Assembly (NCBI GenBank): GCA_964016885.1
Contig: OZ024740.1
Location: 60,264,001 to 60,328,000 of the forward strand
Length of the DNA: 64,000 nucleotides
Source of the DNA: Eledone cirrhosa
Taxonomy: Eukaryota
Reading direction: 5' to 3'
The position numbers were made by a program, and so were the translations under genes. Shown here in pieces: positions 1-14,700 of this stretch (within the stretch, counting starts at the first letter, position 1; every line of letters starts with the position of its first letter). A model generated the notes under the pieces. That model searched no databases and had not been told where the DNA came from. It saw only the letters and a list, made by a program, of their open reading frames with translations.

Positions 1-104
1 TTTATATATATTTTTTTATTACCTCTTCTGCAAGTACTTTAAAACTATTAAGAATAATAAGCATAAATACATGAATTATATGTAAATAATAGCGATATCT
101 GAAG

Positions 105-143
<39 letters not shown>

Positions 144-680
144 CAAACCGTTTGAAAAATGTTTTGACACCAAACGCTATGTTCCGAAGTAAATTCTGTA
201 GTATTCTCTGTTAATAAAAGTATAAATATTCTCTACTTTACGTATTGTGTTCTCAATCGCCTGTTTGTAAAACTAATCAAACTCTGGTGTAATAAGGCTT
301 CAGCACCCCCACGTCGGTTGTATGTATCTTACAGGTTAGCACCTAACGGAATATTGGTTATGTTAATAAATATGAAGACAAGGTTCTACTATTTTAGACT
401 TTAATTTATATATATGTATGTGGATGTATATATATATGTGTGTGTGTGTGTGTACTCATATTTATATATACTCATATTTAGAGCACATTAGTGATTGGGT
501 AATATGGTTGATGTCTGAGGTAGGGATTATGGAGTATGTCTTGGTTATAACAGACATTTAGTTCATAATTGACTTCGTTTCAATGAGTATATTAGTTACG
601 AGTTTGACATTCGATGATCTTATCCACAAGGGGTTTGTTTATGGTTGGTTTTGTTTCAGAGTGTATTATTTATGTATAGG

Positions 681-782
681 GAGGTTGACTTTGCCTTTCA
701 TCCTTACGGGGTCGATAAAATAAAGTACCAGTAATACACTGGGTAATTGCTGGCCTTGTGCCTAAAGTAGAAACAATTATTT
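681..782 (+). mobile_element. SINE family A (MetaSINE-like), 5'-truncated copy
   Basis: Contains GACTTTGCCTTTCATCCTTACGGGGTCGATAAAATAAAGTACCAGT and the tail GCTGGCCTTGTGCCTAAAGTAGAAACAATTAT, shared with more than 15 copies in the window. The central block resembles the MetaSINE 'Meta' domain (recalled). Confidence 0.85.
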
Positions 783-1357
783 ATGTATAGGGACATTCAA
801 TAAATACTTTGCGTTCAGATTTATGTATTTGACGGTCCTATTTGCTTCTTTACACATGTGTGTACATGGGAGCATATGTAAGTGCCCATGTAGGAGATTT
901 AGTGTGAATCCCAAAGCTAATACAACGCTTGTGACAAGATATGAATCGCCTACAACTTGGCTGATTTCCAGTACTCCCTCTGTCGATTCAGTTATATACA
1001 CCCCAGAGAAAAAACTGATGAATAAGCAAAATAAAAGACTATCCAGTCTATGAAGTACAAAATATAATTCATTGTATCCCTTTGTAGAGCACTTAATTCT
1101 ACGTGATACAATTCATGGAGCTGCCCGGAATAAGCACGTTCGCTCTGAAATGTCAATAATAAAGTCACACCCTAACTTCAGAGAAAATTATCACTAATTT
1201 GCTAGGAAATTAATTCACACCAGATTTTTTTAATCCAAAAAGAGATACGCATTCAATAACACATACACATACACACACAGTTTATCCCCCACCCTCTCTC
1301 ACATACACACATACAACTAACCATATAATCATGCTTAGACACGGATGCTATAATATA

Positions 1358-1390
1358 CTAGTGGAGCCGTGCCGTCAATAATGACTGCAA
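1358..1390 (-). mobile_element. Possible Helitron 3' terminus
   Basis: The minus strand reads TGCAGTCA-TTAT-TGACGGCA (hairpin, 1 mismatch), then 7 nt, then CTAG|T, which is the Helitron 3' signature. The matching 5' end was not located. Confidence 0.4.
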
Positions 1391-2150
1391 TAGCACTGAA
1401 CGTATTTAATTGTTGCAATCCAGCATTGATAGGCCATATATGCCAGAATTACCGAATGTATGAACAGTTATACAAACTAGGAAATATGCGTTTTGATAAA
1501 TTAACGGTTAACATAAGAGAAACCCTATAGTTATGTTTATTACTGATATTTGTAAGTAGTTAAATATAAGAATGACATTTTATTCATTTAGTTTTAGTTG
1601 TTGCAAACTGGGCCTGGCTCAGTTGAACTGGGTCTAATTTATTTTAAGCATATAATTAAATAAATTTCAGCATATATGTACAAATGACATACAAGATTAA
1701 ATGTATAATTTCGGACAAAAGACTATTTAAAGGGACAAATGTACGGTTAGAATCCAGGACCCTGTCATTGGAAACAGAACTTCTTACTGTAACAACATGA
1801 CTGAGATAAGAAATGCATTGTGTGTATATGTGTGTAAATTTTGAAGAGGTACAGACAGTGATATATATAAACAAATATAGAAACACACAGCGAATTATTG
1901 TGGTTGCTGATAGGCGATTCAAATAGGAATCTCGTACTCAGGCTTAAATTGAACATGAATTATTTACATCTACCCTCGAGGTGGAAAATATAGTGAACAA
2001 CTATGTCACCCTACTCCCGAAAGAAAAAGTAAAATGAAGTGAAGTGCTGAAGTAATGATTGATGTAGTAACGATAGGAAAGAAATACAAATCATTCTAAG
2101 CTAGGAACTAAAGGTACGAATTTTTTCAATGCCATTATTCATTATTATCA

Positions 2151-2533
2151 GGGCCGTTGATTGGCAATATCTGTAGAGGGTCGGACGCGATGCTTTGCAG
2201 CATAGAGTTACGGCTCTTTATGATCTGAGTTCCAATCCGGAAGAGGTTAACTTTGCCTTTCATCCTTACGGGGTCGATAAAATAAAGAACCAGTCACGCA
2301 TTGGGTCCATTTAATCGACTTTCCCCTACCCCAAAAATTGCTGGCCGTGTACCTATATAAGAAACCATTATTTACTATTATCAGTTACGGCCCTTTCCAT
2401 TCTGTGTTCAAATCCCGCCGAGGTTAACTTTGCCTTTTATCCTTACGGGGTCGATAAAATAAAGTACCAGTAATACACTGCGTAATTGATGGCCTTGTGC
2501 CAAAAAGTAGAAACAATTATTTACTATTATCAG
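2151..2533 (+). mobile_element. Two head-to-tail SINE family A copies (full-length plus 5'-truncated)
   Basis: tRNA-like head (TGGCAATATCTGTAGAG...GAGTTCCAATCC) and the Meta-like core twice. Both copies end in TATTTACTATTATCAG. Confidence 0.85.
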
Positions 2534-2704
2534 CCATTGGCTGGTGGTCAGATATATTACCTGGTAGAATATTTCTAGTGCAAACAATATGTTACTTTCA
2601 TTACTAGAGTAAATCTATATGTTTAGTGAAGAAACAGCCAAATCTTCCTGAATGGTGGAAGAAAAAAATGTATCGCTTATTGTTTATATTGTGCGAGAGT
2701 ACGT

Positions 2705-2716
2705 CGCCCCCTGGCG
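2705..2716 (-). promoter_or_regulatory. CTCF-like motif (CGCCAGGGGGCG) just left of the satellite
   Basis: Close match to the CTCF core consensus CCACCAGGGGGCGC in otherwise AT-rich DNA. Motif match only. Confidence 0.3.
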
Positions 2717-2783
2717 AGAATGGGCTGGGCCACTATATATGAATAGTATTGGCCAGAGTAACTGGGGAAATTGGTATTAATTC

Positions 2784-5700
2784 CAGTTCGTGTGTTGATA
2801 GTCAACGTTGGTACTAGTTCCACAGTGTGTTGATAGTCAACGTTGGTACTAGTTCGACAGTTCGTGTGTTGATAGTCAACGTCGTTACTACTTCCACAGT
2901 TCGGGTGTTGATAGTCAACGTTGGTACTAGTTCCACAGTTGGTGTGTTGATAGTCAACGTTGGTACTAGTTCCACAGTTCGTGTGTTGATAGTCAACGTT
3001 GTTACTAGTTCCACAGTAAGTGTGTCGATAGTCAACGTTGGTACTAGTTGCGCAGTTGGTGTGTTGATAGTCAACGTTGGTACTAGTTCGACAGTTCGTG
3101 TGTTGATAGTCAACGTTGGTACTAGTTCCACAGTTTATATGTTGATAGTCAAAGTTGGTAATAGTTCGACAGTTCGTGTGTTGATAGTCAACGTTGGTAC
3201 TAGTGCCACAGTTCGTGTGTTGATAGTCAAAGTTGGTACTAGTTCCACAGTTCGTGTGTTGATAGTCAACGTTGGTACTAGTTCCACAGTTCGTGTGTTG
3301 ATAGTCAAAGTTGGTACTAGTTCCACAGTTCGTGTGTTGATAGTCAACGTTGGTACTAGTTCCACAGTTTATATGTTGATAGTCAACGTTGGTACTAGTT
3401 CCACAGTTCGTGTGTTGATAGTCAAAGTTGGTACTAGTTCCACAGTTCGTGTGTTGATAGTCAACGTTGGTACTAGTTCCACAGTTTATATGTTGATAGT
3501 CAACGTTGGTACTAGTTCCACAGTTCGTGTGTTGATAGTCAAAGTTGGTACTAGTTCGACAGTTCGTGTGTTGATAGTCAAAGTTGGTACTAGTTCCACA
3601 GTTGGTGTGTTGATAGTCAAAGTTGGTACTAGTTCCACAGTTTATATGTTGATAGTCAACGTTGGTACTAGTTCCACAGTTCGTGTGTTGATAGTCAACG
3701 TTGGTACTAGTTTCACAGATCGTGTGTTGATAGTCAAAGTTGGTACTAGTTCCACAGTTCGTGTGTTGATAGTCAACGTTGTTACTAGTTCCACAGTTCG
3801 TGAGTTGATAGTCAAAGTTGTTACTAGTTCCACAGTTCGTGAGTTGATAGTCAAAGTTGGTACTAGTTCCACAGTTCGTGTGTTGATAGTCAACGTTGGT
3901 ACTAGTTCCACAGTTCGTGAGTTGATAGTCAAAGTTGTTACTAGTTCCACAGTTCGTGAGTTGATAGTCAAAGTTGGTACTAGTTCCACAGTTTATATGT
4001 TGATAGTCAACGTTGGTACTAGTTCCACAGTTCGTGTGTTGATAGTCAACGTTGTTACTAGTTCCACAGTAAGTGTGTCGATAGTCAACGTTGGTACTAG
4101 TTGCGCAGTTGGTGTGTTGATAGTCAACGTTGGTACTAGTTCGACAGTTCGTGTGTTGATAGTCAACGTTGGTACTAGTTCCACAGTTTATATGTTGATA
4201 GTCAAAGTTGGTAATAGTTCGACAGTTCGTGTGTTGATAGTCAACGTCGTTACTAGTTCCACAGTTCGTGTGTTGATAGTCAACGTTGGTACTAGTTCCA
4301 CAGTTCGTGTGTTGATAGTCAACGTTGGTACTAGTTCCACAGTTCGTGTGTTGATAGTCAAAGTTGGTACTAGTTCCAAAGTTCGTGTGTTGATAGTCAA
4401 CGTTGGTACTAGTTCCACAGTTTATATGTTGATAGTCAACGTTGGTACTAGTTCCACAGTTCGTGTGTTGATAGTCAAAGTTGGTACTAGTTCCACAGTT
4501 CGTGTGTTGATAGTCAACGTTGTTACTAGTTCCACAGTTTATATGTTGATAGTCAACGTTGGTACTAGTTCCACAGTTCGTGTGTTGATAGTCAAAGTTG
4601 GTACTAGTTCCACAGTTCGTGTGTTGATAGTCAACGTTGGTACTAGTTCCACAGTTTATATGTTGATAGTCAACGTTGGTACTAGTTCCAGAGTTCGTGT
4701 GTTGATAGTCAAAGTTGGTACTAGTTCCACAGTTCGTGTGTTGATAGTCAAAGTTGGTACTAGTTCCACAGTTGGTGTGTTGATAGTCAAAGTTGGTACT
4801 AGTTCCACAGTTTATATGTTGATAGTCAACGTTGGTACTAGTTCCACAGTTCGTGTGTTAATAGTCAACGTTGGTACTAGTTCCACAGTTCGTGTGTTGA
4901 TAGTCAAAGTTGGTACTAGTTCCACAGTTGGTGTGTTGATAGTCAAAGTTGGTACTAGTTCCACAGTTTATATGTTGATAGTCAACGTTGGTACTAGTTC
5001 CACAGTTCGTGTGTTGATAGTCAACGTTGGTACTAGTTCCACAGTTCGTGTGTTGATAGTCAACGTTGGTACTAGTTCCACAGTTTATATGTTGATAGTC
5101 AACGTTGGTACTAGTTCCACAGTTCGTGTGTTAATAGTCAACGTTGGTACTAGTTCCATAGTTCGTGTGTTGATAGTCAAAGTTGGTACTAGTTCCACAG
5201 TTGGTGTGTTGATAGTCAAAGTTGGTACTAGTTCCACAGTTTATATGTTGATAGTCAACGTTGGTACTAGTTCCAAAGTTCGTGTGTTGATAGTCAACGT
5301 TGGTACTAGTTCCACAGTTCGTGTGTTGATAGTCAACGTTGTTACTAGTTCCACAGTTCGTGAGTTGATAGTCAAAGTTGTTACTAGTTCCACAGTTCGT
5401 GAGTTGATAGTCAAAGTTGGTACTAGTTCCACAGTTCGTGTGTTGATAGTCAACGTTGGTACTAGTTCCACAGTTCGTGAGTTGATAGTCAAAGTTGTTA
5501 CTAGTTCCACAGTTCGTGAGTTGATAGTCAAAGTTGGTACTAGTTCCACAGTTTATATGTTGATAGTCAACGTTGGTACTAGTTCCACAGTTCGTGTGTT
5601 GATAGTCAACGTTGCTACTAGTTCCACAGTAAGTGTGTCGATAGTCAACGTTGGTACTAGTTGCGCAGTTGGTGTGTTGATAGTCAACGTTGGTACTAGT

Positions 5701-8700
5701 TCGACAGTTCGTGTGTTGATAGTCAACGTTGGTACTAGTTCCACAGTTTATATGTTGATAGTCAAAGTTGGTAATAGTTCGACAGTTCGTGTGTTGATAG
5801 TCAACGTCGTTACTAGTTCCACAGTTCGTGTGTTGATAGTCAACGTTGGTACTAGTTCCACAGTTCGTGTGTTGATAGTCAACGTTGGTACTAGTTCCAC
5901 AGTTCGTGTGTTGATAGTCAAAGTTGGTACTAGTTCCACAGTTCGTGTGTTGATAGTCAACGTTGGTACTAGTTCCACAGTTTATATGTTGATAGTCAAC
6001 GTTGGTACTAGTTCCACAGTTCGTGTGTTGATAGTCAAAGTTGGTACTAGTTCCACAGTTCGTGTGTTGATAGTCAACGTTGTTACTAGTTCCACAGTTT
6101 ATATGTTGATAGTCAACGTTGGTACTATTTCCACAGTTCGTGTGTTGATAGTCAAAGTTGGTACTAGTTCCACAGTTCGTGTGTTGATAGTCAACGTTGG
6201 TACTAGTTCCACAGTTTATATGTTGATAGTCAACGTTGGTACTAGTTCCACAGTTCGTGTGTTGATAGTCAAAGTTGGTACTAGTTCCACAGTTCGTGTG
6301 TTGATAGTCAAAGTTGGTACTAGTTCCACAGTTGGTGTGTTGATAGTCAAAGTTGGTACTAGTTCCACAGTTTATATGTTGATAGTCAACGTTGGTACTA
6401 GTTCCACAGTTCGTGTGTTAATAGTCAACGTTGGTACTAGTTCCACAGTTCGTGTGTTGATAGTCAAAGTTGGTACTAGTTCCACAGTTGGTGTGTTGAT
6501 AGTCTAAGTTGGTACTAGTTCCACAGTTTATATGTTGATAGACAACGTTGGTACTAGTTCCACAGTTCGTGTGTTGATAGTCAACGTTGGTACTAGTTCC
6601 ACAGTTCGTGTGTTGATAGTCAACGTTGGTACTAGTTCCACAGTTCGTGTGTTGATAGTCAAAGTTGGTACTAGTTCCACAGTTCGTGTGTTGATAGTCA
6701 AAGTTGGTACTAGTTCCACAGTTCGTGTGTTGATAGTCAACGTTGGTACTAGTTCCACAGTTCGTGTGTTGATAGTCAACGTTGGTACTAGTTCCACAGT
6801 TCGTGTGTTGATAGTCAAAGTTGGTACTAGTTCCACAGTTCGTGTGTTGATAGTCAAAGTTGTTACTAGTTCCGCAGTTCGTGTGTTGATAGTCAACGTT
6901 GGTACTAGTTCCACAGTTCGTGTGTTGATAGTCAAAGTTGGTACTAGTTCCACAGTTCGTGTGTTGATAGTCAACGTTGTTACTAGTTCCACAGTTCGTG
7001 TGTTGATAGTCAACATTGATACTAGTTACACAGTTTATATGTTGATAGTCAACGTTGGTACTAGTTCCACAGTTCGTGTGTTAATAGTCAACGTTGGTAG
7101 TAGTTCCACAGTTCGTGTGTTGATAGTCAAAGTTGGTACTAGTTCCACAGTTGGTGTGTTGATAGTCAAAGTTGGTACTAGTTCCACAGTTTATATGTTG
7201 ATAGTCAACGTTGGTACTAGTCCCACAGCTCGTGTGTTGATAGTCAACGTTGGTACTAGTTCCACAGTTCGTGTGTTGATAGTCAACGTTGGTACTAGTT
7301 CCACAGTTTATATGTTGATAGTCAACGTTGGTACTAGTTCCACAGTTCGTGTGTTGATAGTCAACGTTGGTACTAGTTCCACAGTTTATATGTTGATAGT
7401 CAACGTTGGTACTAGTTCCACAGTTCGTGTGTTGATAGTCAAAGTTGGTACTAGTTCCACAGTTCGTGTGTTGATAGTCAACGTTGGTACTAGTTCCACA
7501 GTTCGTGTGTTGATAGTCAAAGTTGGTACTAGTTCCACAGTTCGTGTGTTGATAGTCAACGTTGTTACTAGTTCCACAGTTTATATGTTGATAGTCAACG
7601 TTGGTACTATTTCCACAGTTCGTGTGTTGATAGTCAAAGTTGGTACTAGTTCCACAGTTCGTGTGTTGATAGTCAACGTTGGTACTAGTTCCACAGTTTA
7701 TATGTTGATAGTCAACGTTGGTACTAGTTCCACAGTTCGTGTGTTGATAGTCAAAGTTGGTACTAGTTCCACAGTTCGTGTGTTGATAGTCAAAGTTGGT
7801 ACTAGTTCCACAGTTGGTGTGTTGATAGTCAAAGTTGGTACTAGTTCCACAGTTTATATGTTGATAGTCAACGTTGGTACTAGTTCCACAGTTCGTGTGT
7901 TAATAGTCAACGTTGGTACTAGTTCCACAGTTCGTGTGTTGATAGTCAAAGTTGGTACTAGTTCCACAGTTGGTGTGTTGATAGTCAAAGTTGGTACTAG
8001 TTCCACAGTTTATATGTTGATAGACAACGTTGGTACTAGTTCCACAGTTCGTGTGTTGATAGTCAACGTTGGTACTAGTTCCACAGTTCGTGTGTTGATA
8101 GTCAACGTTGGTACTAGTTCCACAGTTCGTGTGTTGATAGTCAAAGTTGGTACTAGTTCCACAGTTCGTGTGTTGATAGTCAAAGTTGGTACTAGTTCCA
8201 CAGTTCGTGTGTTGATAGTCAACGTTGGTACTAGTTCCACAGTTCGTGTGTTGATAGTCAACGTTGGTACTAGTTCCACAGTTCGTGTGTTGATAGTCAA
8301 AGTTGGTACTAGTTCCACAGTTCGTGTGTTGATAGTCAAAGTTGTTACTAGTTCCGCAGTTCGTGTGTTGATAGTCAACGTTGGTACTAGTTCCACAGTT
8401 CGTGTGTTGATAGTCAAAGTTGGTACTAGTTCCACAGTTCGTGTGTTGATAGTCAACGTTGTTACTAGTTCCACAGTTCGTGTGTTGATAGTCAACGTTG
8501 ATACTAGTTCCACAGTTTATATGTTGATAGTCAACGTTGGTACTAGTTCCACAGTTCGTGTGTTAATAGTCAACGTTGGTACTAGTTCCACAGTTCGTGT
8601 GTTGATAGTCAAAGTTGGTACTAGTTCCACAGTTGGTGTGTTGATAGTCAAAGTTGGTACTAGTTCCACAGTTTATATGTTGATAGTCAACGTTGGTACT

Positions 8701-11700
8701 AGTCCCACAGCTCGTGTGTTGATAGTCAACGTTGGTACTAGTTCCACAGTTCGTGTGTTGATAGTCAACGTTGGTACTAGTTCCACAGTTTATATGTTGA
8801 TAGTCAACGTTGGTACTAGTTCCACAGTTCGTGTGTTAATAGTCAACGTTGGTACTAGTTCCATAGTTCGTGTGTTGATAGTCAAAGTTGGTACTAGTTC
8901 CACAGTTGGTGTGTTGGTAGTCAAAGTTGGTACTAGTTCCACAGTTTATATGTTGATAGTCAACGTTGCTACTAGTTCCACAATTCGTGTGTTGATAGTC
9001 AACGTTGTTACTAGTTCCACAGTTCGTGTGTTGATAGTCAACGTTGGTACTAGTTCCACAGTGTGTTGATAGTCAACGTTGGTACTAGTTCGACAGTTCG
9101 TGTGTTGATAGTCAACGTTGGTACTAGTTCCACAGTGTGTTGATAGTCAACGTTGGTACTAGTTCCACAGTTCGTGTGTTGATAGTCAACGTTGTTACTA
9201 GTTCCACAGTTCGTGTGTTGATAGTCAACGTTGGTACTAGTTCCAAAGTGTGTTGATAGTCAACGTTGGTACTAGTTCGACAGTTCGTGTGTTGATAGTC
9301 AACGTCGTTACTAGTTCCACAGTTTATATGTTGATAGTCAACGTTGGTACTAGTTCCACAGTTCGTGTGTTGATAGTCAACGTTGGTACTAGTTCCACAG
9401 TTCGTGTGTTGATAGTCAAAGTTGGTACTAGTTCCACAGTTCGTGTGTTGATAGTCAAAGTTGGTACTAGTTCCACAGTTCGTGTGTTGATAGTCAACGT
9501 TGGTACTAGTTCCACAGTTCGTGTGTTGATAGTCAACGTTGGTACTAGTTCCACAGTTCGTGTGTTGATAGTCAAAGTTGGTACTAGTTCCACAGTTCGT
9601 GTGTTGATAGACAAAGTTGTTACTAGTTCCGCAGTTCGTGTGTTGATAGTCAACGTTGGTACTAGTTCCACAGTTCGTGTGTTGATAGTCAAAGTTGGTA
9701 CTAGTTCCACAGTTCGTGTGTTGATAGTCAACGTTGTTACTAGTTCCACAGTTCGTGTGTTGATAGTCAACGTTGATACTAGTTCCACAGTGTGTTGATA
9801 GTCAACGTTGGTACTAGTTCCACAGTTCGTGTGTTGATAGTCAAAGTTGTTACTAGTTCCACAGTTTATATATTGATAGTCAAGGTTGGTACTAGTTCCG
9901 CAGGTCGTGAGTTGATAGTCAAAGTTGGTACTAGTTCCACAGTTTATATGTTGATAGGCAACGTTGGTACATGTTCCACAGTTCGTGTGTTGATAGTCAA
10001 CGTTGGTACTAGTTCCACAGTTGGTGTGCTGATAGTCAAAGTTGGTACTAGTTCCACAGTTTATATGTTGATAGTCAACGTTGGTACTAGTTCCACAGTT
10101 CGTGTGTTAATAGTCAACGTTGGTATTAGTTCCACAGTGTTTTGTGTTGATAGTCAAAGTTGGTACTAGTTCCACAGTTGGTGTGTTGATAGTCAAAGTT
10201 GGTACTAGTTCCACAGTTTATATGTTGATAGTCAACGTTGGTACTAGTTCCACAGTTCGTGTGTTGATAATCAAAGTTGGTACTAGTTCCAAAGTTTGTG
10301 TGTTGATAGTCAAAGTTGGTACTAGTTCGACAGTTCGTGTGTTGATAGTCAACGTTGGTACTAGTTCCAAAGTTCGTGTGTTGATAGTCAACGTTGGTAC
10401 TAGTTCCACAGTTCGTGTGTTGATAGTCAAAGTTGGTACTAGTTCCACAGTTCGTGTGTTGATAGTCAACGTTGTTACTAGTTCCACAGTTCGTGAGTTG
10501 ATAGTCAAAGTTGGTACTAGTTCCACAGTTCGTGTGTTGATAGTCAACGTTGGTACTAGTTCCACAGTTTATATGTTGATAGTCAAAGTTGTTACTAGTT
10601 CCACAGTTCGTGAGTTGATAGTCAAAGTTGGTACTAGTTCCACAGTTTATATGTTGATAGTCAACGTTGGTACTAGTTCCACAGTTCATGTGTTGATAGT
10701 CAACGTCGTTACTAGTTCCACAGTTCGTGTGTTGATAGTCAACGTTGGTACTAGTTCCACAGTTCGTGTGTTGATAGTCAACGTTGGTACTAGTTCCACA
10801 GTTCGTGTGTTGATAGTCAAAGTTGGTACTAGTTCCACAGTTCGTGTGTTGATAGTCAACGTTGGTACTAGTTCCACAGTTTATATGTTGATAGTCAACG
10901 TTGGTACTAGTCCCACAGTTCGTGTGTTCATAGTCAAAGTTGGTACTAGTTCCACAGTTCGTGTGTTGATAGTCAACGTTGTTACTAGTTCCACAGTTTA
11001 TATGTTGATAGTCAACGTTGGTACTAGTTCCACAGTTCGTGTGTTGATAGTCAAAGTTGGTACTAGTTCCACAGTTTATATGTTGATAGTCAACGTTGGT
11101 ACTAGTTCCACAGTTCGTGTGTTGATAGTCAAAGTTGATACTAGTTCGACAGTTCGTGTGTTGATAGTCAAAGTTGGTACTAGTTCCACAGTTCGTGTGT
11201 TGATAGTCAACGTTGTTACTAGTTCCACAGTTCGTGTGTTGATAGTCAACGTTGTTACTAGTTCCACAGTTCGTGTGTTGATAGTCAACGTTGGTACTAG
11301 TTCCACAGTGTGTTGATAGTCAACGTTGGTACTAGTTCGACAGTTCGTGTGTTGATAGTCAACGTCGTTACTAGTTCCACAGTTTATATGTTGATAGTCA
11401 ACGTTGGTACTAGTCCCACAGTTCGTGTGTTGATAGTCAAAGTTGGTACTAGTTCCACAGTTCGTGTGTTGATAGTCAACGTTGTTACTAGTTCCACAGT
11501 TTATATGTTGATAGTCAACGTTGGTACTAGTTCCACAGTTCGTGTGTTGATAGTCAAAGTTGGTACTAGTTCCACAGTTTATATGTTGATAGTCAACGTT
11601 GGTACTAGTTCCACAGTTCGTGTGTTGATAGTCAAAGTTGATACTAGTTCGACAGTTCGTGTGTTGATAGTCAAAGTTGGTACTAGTTCCACAGTTCGTG

Positions 11701-14700
11701 TGTTGATAGTCAACGTTGTTACTAGTTCCACAGTTCGTGTGTTGATAGTCAACGTTGTTACTAGTTCCACAGTTCGTGTGTTGATAGTCAACGTTGGTAC
11801 TAGTTCGACAGTTCGTGTGTTGATAGTCAACGTCGTTACTAGTTCCACAGTTTATATGTTGATAGTCAACGTTGGTACTAGTTCCACAGTTCGTGTGTTA
11901 ATAGTCAACGTTGGTACTAGTTCCACAGTTCGTGTGTTGATAGTCAAAGTTGGTACTAGTTCCACAGTTTATATGTTGATAGTCAACGTTGGTACTAGTT
12001 CCACAGTTCGTGTGTTGATAGTCAACGTTGGTACTAGTTCCACAGTTCGTGTGTTGATAGTCAACGTTGGTACTAGTTCCACAGTTCGTGTGTTGATAGT
12101 CAAAGTTGGTACTAGTTCCACAGTTCGTGTGTTGATAGTCAACGTTGGTACTAGTTCCACAGTTCGTGTGTTGATAGTCAAAGTTGGTACTAGTTCGACA
12201 GTTCGTGTGTTGATAGTCAAAGTTGTTACTAGTTCCGCAATTCGTGTGTTGATAGTCAACGTTGGTACTAGTTCCACAGTTCGTGTGTTGATAGTCAAAG
12301 TTGGTACTAGTTCCACAGTTCGTGTGTTGATAGTCAACGTTGTTACTAGTTCCACAGTTCGTGAGTTGATAGTCAAAGTTGTTACTAGTTCCACAGTTCG
12401 TGAGTTGATAGTCAAAGTTGGTACTAGTTCCACAGTTCGTGTGTTGATAGTCAACGTTGGTACTAGTTCCACAGTTCGTGTGTTGATAGTCAACGTTGTT
12501 ACTAGTTCCACAGTTTATATGTTGATAGTCAACGTTGGTACTAGTTCCACAGTTCGTGTGTTGATAGTCAAAGTTGGTACTAGTTCCACAGTTTATATGT
12601 TGATAGTCAACGTTGGTACTAGTTCCACAGTTCGTGTGTTGATAGTCAACGTTGGTACTAGTTCCACAGTGTGTTGATAGTCAACGTTGGTACTAGTTCG
12701 ACAGTTCGTGTGTTGATAGTCAACGTTGGTACTAGTTCCACAGTGTGTTGATAGTCAACGTTGGTACTAGTTCCACAGTTCGTGTGTTGATAGTCAACGT
12801 TGGTACTAGTTCGACAGTTCGTGTGTTGATAGTCAACGTTGTTACTAGTTCCACAGTTCGTGTGTTGATAGTCAACGTTGTTACTAGTTCCAAAGTGTGT
12901 TGATAGTCAACGTTGGTACTAGTTCGACAGTTCGTGTGTTGATAGTCAACGTCGTTACTAGTTCCACAGTTTATATGTTGATAGTCAACGTTGGTACTAG
13001 TTCCACAGTTCGTGTGTTAATAGTCAACGTTGGTACTAGTTCCACAGTTCGTGTGTTGATAGTCAAAGTTGGTACTAGTTCCACAGTTGGTGTGTTGATA
13101 GTCAAAGTTGGTACTAGTTCCACAGTTTATATGTTGATAGTCAACGTTGGTACTAGTTCCACAGTTCGTGTGTTGATAGTCAACGTTGGTACTAGTTCCA
13201 CAGTTCGTGTGTTGATAGTCAACGTTGGTACTAGTTCCACAGTTCGTGTGTTGATAGTCAACGTTGGTACTAGTTCCACAGTTCGTGTGTTGATAGTCAA
13301 CCTTGGTACTAGTTCCAAAGTTCGTGTGTTGATAGTCAAAGTTGGTACTAGTTCCACAGTTCGTGTGTTGATAGTCAAAGTTGTTACTAGTTCCGCAGTT
13401 CGTGTGTTGATAGTCAACGTTGGTACTAGTTCCACAGTTCGTGTGTTGATAGTCAAAGTTGGTACTAGTTCCACAGTTCGTGTGTTGATAGTCAACGTTG
13501 TTACTAGTTCCACAGTTCGTGAGTTGATAGTCAAAGTTGTTACTAGTTCCACAGTTCGTGAGTTGATAGTCAAAGTTGGTACTAGTTCCACAGTTCGTGT
13601 GTTGATAGTCAACGTTGGTACTAGTTCCACAGTTCGTGAGTTGATAGTCAAAGTTGTTACTAGTTCCACAGTTCGTGAGTTGATAGTCAAAGTTGGTACT
13701 AGTTCCACAGTTTATATGTTGATAGTCAACGTTGGTACTAGTTCCACAGTTCGTGTGTTGATAGTCAACGTTGTTACTAGTTCCACAGTAAGTGTGTCGA
13801 TAGTCAACGTTGGTACTAGTTGCGCAGTTGGTGTGTTGATAGTCAACGTTGGTACTAGTTCCACAGTTCGTGTGTTGATAGTCAACGTCGTTACTAGTTC
13901 CACAGTTCGTGTGTTGATAGTCAACGTTGGTACTAGTTCCACAGTTCGTGTGTTGATAGTCAACGTTGGTACTAGTTCCACAGTTCGTGTGTTGATAGTC
14001 AAAGTTGGTACTAGTTCCACAGTTCGTGTGTTGATAGTCAACGTTGGTACTAGTTCCACAGTTTATATGTTGATGGTCAACGTTGGTACTAGTTCCACAT
14101 TTCGTGTGTTGATAGTCAAAGTTGGTACTAGTTCCACAGTTCGTGTGTTGATAGTCAACGTTGTTACTAGTTCCACAGTTTATATGTTGATAGTCAACGT
14201 TGGTACTAGTTCCACAGTTCGTGTGTTGATAGTCAAAGTTGATACTAGTTCGACAGTTCGTGTGTTGATAGTCAAAGTTGGTACTAGTTCCACAGTTGGT
14301 GTGTTGATAGTCAAAGTTGGTACTAGTTCCACAGTTTATATGTTAATAGTCAACGTTGGTACTAGTTCCACAGTTCGTGTGTTGATAGTCAACGTTGTTA
14401 CTAGTTCCACAGTTCGTGTGTTGATAGTCAACGTTGGTACTAGTTCCACAGTGTGTTGATAGTCAACGTTGGTACTAGTTCGACAGTTCGTGTGTTGATA
14501 GTCAACGTTGGTACTAGTTCCACAGTTCGTGTGTTGATAGTCAACGTTGGTACTAGTTCCACAATTCGTGTGTTGATAGTCAACGTTGTTACTAGTTCCA
14601 CAGTAAGTGTGTCGATAGTCAACGTTGGTACTAGTTGCGCAGTTGGTGTGTTGATAGTCAAAGTTGGTACTAGTTCCACAGTTTATATGTTGATAGTCAA

